64,000 bases of DNA. Origin: Chloroflexota bacterium (GTDB lineage: Bacteria; Chloroflexota; Limnocylindria; Limnocylindrales; CSP1-4). Position 1 is the first letter of the stretch. Every line of letters starts with the position of its first letter. The stretch spans positions 36,542-100,541 of the forward strand of contig PLLE01000043.1 in NCBI GenBank assembly GCA_003141245.1, read 5' to 3'. The position numbers were made by a program, and so were the translations under genes. This document shows, piece after piece, positions 57,562-64,000 of this stretch. A model generated the notes under the pieces. That model saw only the letters and a program-made list of their open reading frames with translations. It was not told the DNA's origin and ran no database searches.

Positions 57562-57581
57562 TGTGGACAAAGTGTGGAAAA
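57562..57581. promoter_or_regulatory. Two tandem DnaA-box-like 9-mers
   Basis: TGTGGACAA and TGTGGAAAA, 11 bp apart, each one mismatch from TGTGGATAA. Confidence 0.4.
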
Positions 57582-57785
57582 CCTGGGATACATATGCACG
57601 AACGATCTCATGGAACGCCGGACCGTCGTGTGGGTCCGGACGAACCCAGAATGAGCTGTACGCCCAGATGCTAGGACCGGCGCAAGATAGCGCCAACATG
57701 AGACATCCACGGCCCTCGATCTGGCCGCTTCCATCTCTCGACCAAGGTGCCCGCCCGAAGGGCTACAGGTAGGCGAGGAACAAGC

Positions 57786-58949
57786 GTGAGGCTCACCAGG
57801 GCTCGGCAGGGGGCGGCCGAGCGTCTGCTTTGGTCCCGTGACAGCCGAGTCGTGGCGCGGCTGACCGAACATCTGCCCGAGGCTCGTGTGATCGAGCTCG
57901 CGGATTCGGGCTGGTGTGTCATCGCCTCCGCGGAGAAACTGACGGAGGACCTCGTCGCCCGCGTCGCGGACGGCACGGGCTGCGGCATGGCCGACGTCGA
58001 TCCATCTCTGCCACTCGACGAACGCTATGTCGTGGCTCTCGGTCATGCCGTCCAGGTTTCCGGGCTCGGAGACCGGATCGGTATGGGCGGGACTCCGGAA
58101 ATCGCGAGCCGCAAGGTGATGTCCTTGTTCTTCGTCTGCAAGGAGCACCACGTCGAGTTCCAACCCATCGTGGATCTGCAGACGATGAAAGCCCACGAGT
58201 GGGAGTGTCTGTTCCGTCTGAGCCCCGGCATGGGAACGGAAACGATCGGCAGCGTCGTCGAAGCCGCGCTCGCGGCGAAGCGCCCGGTGGAATTCGACAC
58301 GTTCGTAGTCGACGCCACACTGACGCGCATCGCACAGGTGGTTGAGGCGGGCCCCGCGGGCCGGCGAACGCGGTTCGGCGTCAACTTCTTGCCGGCGAGT
58401 CTGCTGGCGCCGACCTTCGAGGCCGAGGCCCTGGCCGAAATGGTTCGCAGGGCAGGCCTGTCGCCTCGACAGATCATCGTCGAATGCACCGAGCAGCAAG
58501 CCATCCATGACGTGCCGCGGCTCAAGAAGCAGGTCAAAGCTCTTCGCCACCTTGGGTTCGGTTTCGCCATCGACGACGCTGGCGCGGGATACGCAAGCTT
58601 CACCGTCATCGCCGCCCTGGAGCCCTCGATCATCAAGATCGACCGCGAGATCGTCGCCGGGATCGGCAACAAGGATGCCGAGGCCAAAAAGGCCCTCGTC
58701 GAGGCTTTCGTCTCGTTCAGCCGCCGCATCGACGCGCAGATCGTCGCCGAGGGGATCGAGAATCGCCGCGATCTGCTGGCCCTCCAGGATCGCGAGGTCG
58801 ACTTCGGTCAGGGCTACCTACTCGGCCGATCGGCCGTGACGCCGCTGCAGCCGCGACGAATCCGGAACGTCGACGACCTGACGCTGGTGATCTCGAGCGT
58901 CGGCGCCTGGGACGGGGGCGTCTCTCCGAGCGTCGCCTCCAGCGAGTAG
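57786..58949 (+). CDS. EAL-domain protein (c-di-GMP phosphodiesterase-like) with an unrecognised N-terminal region
   Basis: FQPIVDL, ECLFR, VN, ECTE, IDDAGAGYAS, IKIDR, VAEGIE, GQGYL; SD GAGG before GTG 57786. Confidence 0.88.
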   Translation: MRLTRARQGAAERLLWSRDSRVVARLTEHLPEARVIELADSGWCVIASAEKLTEDLVARVADGTGCGMADVDPSLPLDERYVVALGHAVQVSGLGDRIGMGGTPEIASRKVMSLFFVCKEHHVEFQPIVDLQTMKAHEWECLFRLSPGMGTETIGSVVEAALAAKRPVEFDTFVVDATLTRIAQVVEAGPAGRRTRFGVNFLPASLLAPTFEAEALAEMVRRAGLSPRQIIVECTEQQAIHDVPRLKKQVKALRHLGFGFAIDDAGAGYASFTVIAALEPSIIKIDREIVAGIGNKDAEAKKALVEAFVSFSRRIDAQIVAEGIENRRDLLALQDREVDFGQGYLLGRSAVTPLQPRRIRNVDDLTLVISSVGAWDGGVSPSVASSE

Positions 58950-59020
58950 CGCGCGGCCGGGCGCGCCACCTCGCAAGCGGTCGGCACACGTTCGCGTCAA
59001 CTCGTCGTACCATCGAGGCG

Positions 59021-59461
59021 ATGACCGCCCTCGATTCGATCGCACCTGCCTCTCCCACCCTATCGGCTGCCGCATGCCGATTCCTCGAGGCGCCGCGCTT
59101 CGCGGTCGTCGCGACCCTCAACCCGGACGGCAGCCCGCTCCAGGCCGTGATCTGGTACCGCCTCGAGGACGACACGATCGTCTTCAACAGCCGCCTGGGT
59201 CGCCACTGGCCAACCAACATCCAGCGCGACCGGCATGTCTCGATCACCGTGGTCGACGGCTATGACTACATCGAGATGCGCGGCGAGGTCGAGATCGACG
59301 AGGATCCGCAGCTCGGTCAGGCCGTCATCGCGGGCTTGACCCGACGTTACGAGTCGAACGGCGAGGCCGCCGAGGCTCAGATCGCGGGCTTTGCCAGGGA
59401 GCGACGCGTGACCTTCAAGCTGCGTCCGAGCAGAATCTTCGAGCGTCTGTCGAGCAACTGA
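59021..59461 (+). CDS. PPOX-class F420-dependent oxidoreductase
   Basis: ATLNPDGSP...IWY, NIQRDRHVSITV, YIEMRG, ERRV; adjacent to cof genes. Confidence 0.85.
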   Translation: MTALDSIAPASPTLSAAACRFLEAPRFAVVATLNPDGSPLQAVIWYRLEDDTIVFNSRLGRHWPTNIQRDRHVSITVVDGYDYIEMRGEVEIDEDPQLGQAVIAGLTRRYESNGEAAEAQIAGFARERRVTFKLRPSRIFERLSSN

Positions 59462-59499
59462 CGGAGAAGCCCGGCAAGCGGTCCACCGGAGGAGACGAG

Positions 59500-60489
59500 A
59501 TGGCCCAGGCGAAGATCGGCTACGCGGCAATGCTCGAGCAGTTCGGGCCGGCCGAAATACTGGATCTCTGCGCCCGGGCCGAGTCTGCCGGCTTTTCGGG
59601 CGTCATGGCCGCCGATCACTTCCAGCCGTGGGTCCCGCGCCAGGGCCAGGCCTCGTTCGTGTGGGAGGTCCTGGCGGTCGCCGGGGCACGCACCCGCGGC
59701 GACCTGGGACCCGGCGTGGCTTGCCCGTCGTTCCGGATGCATCCCGCCATCGTCGCCCAGGCCGCGGCGACGCTCGAGGTCATGTATCCGGGGCGAACGT
59801 GGCTGGGTCTTGGCTCCGGTGAGGCGCTCAACGAGCACGTCGTGGCCGGCTACTGGCCGGAGGTGCCGGAGCGCATCAACCGCATGTTCGAGGCGATCGA
59901 GATCATCGCCAAGCTCTTCAGCGGCAAAGAGGTCAAGCACGACGGCCGCTTCTTCAAGATGGAGACCTGCCGCCTTTGGACACTGCCGGAGAAGGCGCCC
60001 CCGATCTACATCGCCACGGCCGGCCCGGTGACCGCCAAGCGAACGGGTAAGTTCGCCGACGGGATCATCACCGTCGGCGCGCCGGAGGAGAAGATCGACG
60101 GCATCTTCGCAAAGTTCGCCGAAGGAGCGCGCGAGGGCGGCAAGGATCCGGCGACGATGCCGAAGATCCTGCAGCTCCACCTGTCCTGGGCCGAAACGGA
60201 TGCCGAGGCGGTCGCGAACGCGATCTCCGAATGGCCCAACGGCGGCATGCGCTTCCCCAAGCAGGACATCAGGTCGCCCAAGGACTTCGAGCAGGTGGCG
60301 GCACTGGTCCGGCCCGAGGACTTCACCGGTCGGATGCTCATGTCGGCCGACCCCGAGGTCCACCGCCGCGAGATCCAGAAGTTCCTCGACCTCGGCTTCG
60401 ACCAGATCTACCTGCACAACGTCGGCCGAAACCAGGCGGCCTGGCTCGACCTCTTCGGCCGCGAGGTGCTGCCGAAGCTGACGGCCTGA
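59500..60489 (+). CDS. F420-dependent LLM-class oxidoreductase (G6PDH-like)
   Basis: EQFGP, DHFQPW, HPAIVAQAAAT, LGLGSGEALNEH. Confidence 0.9.
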   Translation: MAQAKIGYAAMLEQFGPAEILDLCARAESAGFSGVMAADHFQPWVPRQGQASFVWEVLAVAGARTRGDLGPGVACPSFRMHPAIVAQAAATLEVMYPGRTWLGLGSGEALNEHVVAGYWPEVPERINRMFEAIEIIAKLFSGKEVKHDGRFFKMETCRLWTLPEKAPPIYIATAGPVTAKRTGKFADGIITVGAPEEKIDGIFAKFAEGAREGGKDPATMPKILQLHLSWAETDAEAVANAISEWPNGGMRFPKQDIRSPKDFEQVAALVRPEDFTGRMLMSADPEVHRREIQKFLDLGFDQIYLHNVGRNQAAWLDLFGREVLPKLTA

Positions 60490-60628
60490 GAGGCGGCCCT
60501 CGAGCGCGACCCGGAGCCGGTCATCGTGCGCCCAGACGAGCACCGCGTGAGAGACGCCTCGAAGCGACACCATCGTCGCCCGGCGCTACGCTTTCGGGAA
60601 CAGGTTTGGCCGCCAACTGGGAGGAGCG

Positions 60629-61579
60629 ATGCGGGTCGTTTGTCTGGCCGGTGGCGTCGGAGGCGCGAAGCTGGCCGACGGGCTCCAGCGCGCGCTCGAA
60701 CCCGGTGAGCTGACCGTCGTCGTCAACACCGGCGACGACTTTGAGCGGCACTCCCTGCTGGTCTGCCCCGACCAGGACACCGTGCTCTACACCCTGGCGG
60801 GGATCGCCGAGCCGGCTCAGGGCTGGGGAATCGCCGGCGAGACGTGGCAGGTCATGAGCCAGCTCGCTCGCCTCGGCGAAGAGACCTGGTTCCGCCTGGG
60901 CGACAAGGACGTCGCCACACACCTCTTCCGCACTGAGCGACTCCGCGGCGGCAAACGCCTGAGCGCCGTGGCGCTGGAGTTGTGCGCCGCGCTGGACGTG
61001 CCGTCGCGGATCCTGCCGATGGCCGACGAGCCCGTTCGAACGCGGGTCCGAACCGACGACGGCTGGCTCGACTTCCAGGACTACTTCGTCCGCCTGCGCC
61101 AGGCCCCCGAGGTACGCGAGGTCCGTTTCGAGGGCGCCGATCTCTCCTCGATCACCCCGGAGGTTGAGGAGGCGCTGGCGGGAGCCGAAGCCATCGTCGT
61201 GGCGCCATCGAATCCGATCGTCTCGATCGGTCCGATCCTGGCCGTTCCCGGGATCGACGAGGCGATAGCCGCCGCCAGGGCGCGCGGCGTTCGGAGCGTC
61301 GGCGTCTCCGGCATCGTCGGCGGGAAGGCGCTGCGCGGCCCGGCCGATCGAATGATGGCCAGCCTTGGCGACGAGCCGACGGCGCTCGGGGTCGCCCGCC
61401 GATATGCATCGATGGGGCTGCTGGACGTCTTCGTCCTCGACCGGCTCGACGAATCGCTCGCGAGAGACGTCATCGCGCTGGGGCTGGAGGTCGTCGTGAC
61501 CGAGACGGTGATGACCGACGTCGGCGCGCGAGTCCAGCTCGCGCGGGACGTCCTGGCCGCGACCCTGCCTCCCGCATGA
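60629..61579 (+). CDS. cofD: 2-phospho-L-lactate transferase
   Basis: LAGGVGGAKL, NTGDD, CPDQDTVLYTLAG, WFRLGDKD, FQDYFV, PSNPIVSIGPIL. Confidence 0.95.
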   Translation: MRVVCLAGGVGGAKLADGLQRALEPGELTVVVNTGDDFERHSLLVCPDQDTVLYTLAGIAEPAQGWGIAGETWQVMSQLARLGEETWFRLGDKDVATHLFRTERLRGGKRLSAVALELCAALDVPSRILPMADEPVRTRVRTDDGWLDFQDYFVRLRQAPEVREVRFEGADLSSITPEVEEALAGAEAIVVAPSNPIVSIGPILAVPGIDEAIAAARARGVRSVGVSGIVGGKALRGPADRMMASLGDEPTALGVARRYASMGLLDVFVLDRLDESLARDVIALGLEVVVTETVMTDVGARVQLARDVLAATLPPA

Positions 61580-62223
61580 GCGGAGCCGACCTCTCCCGGA
61601 TCGTGGCGATCGTGCCCGTGCGATCGCTGAGCGGAGCCAAGTCGCGCCTCGGCGAGCCGCTCGACCCCGAGGAGCGGGCCGAGCTGATCCTGGCCCTCCT
61701 GCGCCGGACCGTGTCCGCGGCCCTGGCAGCGCGGCGGCTTGACGGTGTGGCCGTCGTCTCCCAGGACGCGGAGCTGCTGACCCAGGCCCGCGCCATGGGC
61801 GCGGCATCGTTCCTGCAGGAGAGCGACGGGCTCAACGAGGGGCTCTCCGAGACGCGAGATTCGGCCTGTACCGAGGCCACCGCCGTGCTGGTGCTGCCGG
61901 CGGACCTGCCTGCGGTCAGCGCCGAGGCGATCGAACGGCTCGTCGAGGCGGGCGAGGAAACGGCCCGGCGCGAGCCCGAGCGGCCGGTCGTCGTGCTGGT
62001 CCCCGATCGCCATGGCACTGGTACGAATGCGTTGCTCGTGGCGCCGCCGAATGCGATCGAGTTCCGCTTCGGCGAGGGGAGTCGGGCGGCGCACGCGGCC
62101 GAGGCGATCGCTGCCGGAGCCACGTACGTAGAGTTGGACGGGCCGCTGGCGTTCGATCTCGACACGCCCGAAGACCTGCGTGAGGCCGACATGGGCGGTC
62201 TCGACCACGAGGCGGGCCGGTGA
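61576..62223 (+). CDS. cofC: 2-phospho-L-lactate/PEP guanylyltransferase
   Basis: VPVRSLSGAKSRL, GLN, PADLP, PDRHGTGTNAL, FRFGEGS..AH, DLDTPEDL. Confidence 0.93.
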   Translation: MSGADLSRIVAIVPVRSLSGAKSRLGEPLDPEERAELILALLRRTVSAALAARRLDGVAVVSQDAELLTQARAMGAASFLQESDGLNEGLSETRDSACTEATAVLVLPADLPAVSAEAIERLVEAGEETARREPERPVVVLVPDRHGTGTNALLVAPPNAIEFRFGEGSRAAHAAEAIAAGATYVELDGPLAFDLDTPEDLREADMGGLDHEAGR

Positions 62224-63071
62224 GCACGGACGGCAGGAGCGCGCGCGAGGCACCCGGTTCGGCCGGGAGCTCATCGAGGGCACCGCTGCCCGCGGAGCCT
62301 CTGCCGGGCGGTCGCCTCGAGGTCTTCGCACTCGACGGGATCCCGGAGATCCGGCCCGGCGACGACCTGTCGGCGCTGCTCGTCTCGGCCCTCCGGGCGG
62401 CGTCCGAGGTGCTGCCTCTGCGCACGGACGACGTCCTGGTCGTCACCCAGAAGATCGTCTCGAAGGCCGAGGGGGCGATCGTCGACCTGACGGCCGTCGA
62501 GCCGCGTCCCGAGGCCATCGAGTTCGCCCAACGCTGGGACCGCGACGCCCGCCAGCTCGAGGTCGTCCTGCGCCAGGCCCGCCGCGTCGTCCGGTGGGAG
62601 CGCGGCGTCCTCATCACCGAAACGCCCCACGGCTTCGTCTGCGCAAACGGCGGCGTCGACGCCTCCAACGTAGGGCCGCAGAGCGGCAACATCGTGACCC
62701 TCCTGCCGAAGGACCCCGACGCCTCCGCCGCTCGAATCCGCGCCGCCGTCGCCGAGGCGCTCGGTGTGGATGTGCCGGTCATCATCTCGGACAGCTTCGG
62801 TCGCCCGTGGCGATGGGGAATCATGGACATCGCGATCGGCGTAAGCGGCATGAAGCCGCTCGACGACATGCGCGGCACGCCGGACGCCGACGGGCGCGTC
62901 ATGCACAGCACAGTCCGCGCCACTGCCGACGAGATCGCCACGGCCGCCGAACTGGCCCTCGGCAAGACCGCACGCCGGCCGGCCGCCATCGTCCGGGGCG
63001 CCAACCCCAGCCGCGGCGAGGGCCGGATCGCCGACGTACTGATGCCGAGCGAGTTCGACCTCTTCCGATGA
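62220..63071 (+). CDS. cofE: F420-0:gamma-glutamyl ligase
   Basis: IPEIRPGDDL, TQKIVSKAEG, ANGGVDASN, LPKDPDASA, SDSFGRPWR, DLFR. Confidence 0.95.
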   Translation: MSTDGRSAREAPGSAGSSSRAPLPAEPLPGGRLEVFALDGIPEIRPGDDLSALLVSALRAASEVLPLRTDDVLVVTQKIVSKAEGAIVDLTAVEPRPEAIEFAQRWDRDARQLEVVLRQARRVVRWERGVLITETPHGFVCANGGVDASNVGPQSGNIVTLLPKDPDASAARIRAAVAEALGVDVPVIISDSFGRPWRWGIMDIAIGVSGMKPLDDMRGTPDADGRVMHSTVRATADEIATAAELALGKTARRPAAIVRGANPSRGEGRIADVLMPSEFDLFR

Positions 63072-64000
63072 CCGGCCCGACCGTGTCGGCAGGATCGGGT
63101 GGATCGGCCGGGTCGGTAGGCGCGCGCTTCTCCGTCCCCTCCCCGATCGACCTGCGACTTACCCTCGCTCCGCTCCGTCACGGCCGCGACGACCCGACGA
63201 TCCGGTTCGCGAGCGACGGCGTGTGGCTGGCTCGGGCCACGGCCGAAGGACCAGCCACTCTGCGCCTGGCGGCCGCCAGGGTGGCAGAGATGGATCCCGA
63301 GGCTGGCGTCATCGTTGCCGAGGCGTGGGGCCCGGGTGCACGGCTCGCGCTGGAAGCGGCGCCCGGCCTGGCCGGCCTGCTCGACGACCCCGGTCCTCTG
63401 ATCCCGCATCATCCCCTGATCCGCGAGCTCCAGCGCCGGTTCGCCGGCCTGCGCCTGCCACGATCAGGGCAGCTGCTGCCGGCCCTGATACCGGCGGTGA
63501 CCGAGCAGAAGGTGACCGCCACCGAAGCTCACGGCGCATACGCGGGCCTCGTCCGGCGACTCGGCCGACCCGCACCCGGCCCCGTCCCGCTGCTCCTCCC
63601 GCCGGGCGCCGAGATACTGGCGTCCCTACCCTACTTCGAGTTCCATCCGCTGGGGCTGGAGCGACGTCGGGCGGAGTTGCTCCGTCGCATCGGCCGCAGC
63701 GAATCGCAGATAGAGGCGTGGATGGCGCTCCCGCCGGACCAGGCGCGCGCACGACTCCAGGCGATACCGGGAATCGGGCCGTGGACGGCGGCAGAGGCCA
63801 CCCGTGCCGCCTTCGGCGATCCGGACGCGGTCAGCGTCGGGGACGCTCATCTCCCCGATCTCGTCTCGTGGGCGCTCGCCGGCGAGGCCCGCGCCGACGA
63901 TGCGCGGATGCTCGAGCTCCTCGCCCCGTACGCGGGCCAGCGCGCCAGGGTCGTCCGCCTTCTGGAAGCTTCGGGGATACAGATCCCGCGGTTCGGCCCG
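63068..64000 (+). CDS. AlkA-like (HhH-GPD) DNA glycosylase, truncated by the window end
   Basis: My translation from ATG 63068 (ATGA overlap with cofE) gives DPT, AWGPGA, EQKVT, IPGIGPWTAAE, GDPDAVSVGDAH, PYAGQRARV; open to the edge. Not in the ORF track. Confidence 0.88.
   Translation, partial: MTGPTVSAGSGGSAGSVGARFSVPSPIDLRLTLAPLRHGRDDPTIRFASDGVWLARATAEGPATLRLAAARVAEMDPEAGVIVAEAWGPGARLALEAAPGLAGLLDDPGPLIPHHPLIRELQRRFAGLRLPRSGQLLPALIPAVTEQKVTATEAHGAYAGLVRRLGRPAPGPVPLLLPPGAEILASLPYFEFHPLGLERRRAELLRRIGRSESQIEAWMALPPDQARARLQAIPGIGPWTAAEATRAAFGDPDAVSVGDAHLPDLVSWALAGEARADDARMLELLAPYAGQRARVVRLLEASGIQIPRFGP

Noticed and set aside
57590-57785. c-di-GMP riboswitch upstream of the EAL gene
   Set aside because: No GEMM-I (GCAAA..GAAA..GGGACGCAAAGC) or class II signature.

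Overview
GC-rich (roughly 70% by eye) bacterial chromosomal segment made almost entirely of housekeeping genes. Gene content and protein style suggest a monoderm Chloroflexota, possibly Limnocylindria-like; this is an inference. In order: a dcw cluster (mraZ-rsmH-small ORF-ftsL-ftsI-murF-mraY-murD-ftsW-murG-murB-ddl; no murE or murC in the visible part) with a clear promoter and 10-bp-phased MraZ boxes; a LysM membrane protein divergent from a small Cys-rich protein; rnpB; ppk2; RNase HI; sdhCDAB; icd; sucCD; methylmalonyl-CoA mutase and epimerase; an atypical parAB pair behind a DnaA-box cluster; two UbiA-family prenyltransferases (one without a canonical start codon, one fused to a split-barrel domain); ApbE; a DUF2089/DUF4097/SHOCT/ABC locus; DUF3090 and SCO1664; a ParB/Srx-domain plus metallophosphoesterase pair; aceE; pncA; a flap endonuclease; GH26; IMPase; PNP; PhzF; an EAL protein; and an F420 cluster (PPOX, LLM, cofD-cofC-cofE) running into an alkA-like gene. 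I saw no CRISPR array, tRNA, rRNA, transposase or prophage gene. The best candidates for undescribed biology are the PNPOx plus PNPOx-MenA fusion operon next to an orphan ApbE, the DnaA-box-preceded non-canonical parAB, the LysM/Cys-domain pair, and the probable ACG-initiated UbiA gene. All family calls come from motif recognition by eye; no database searches were run.
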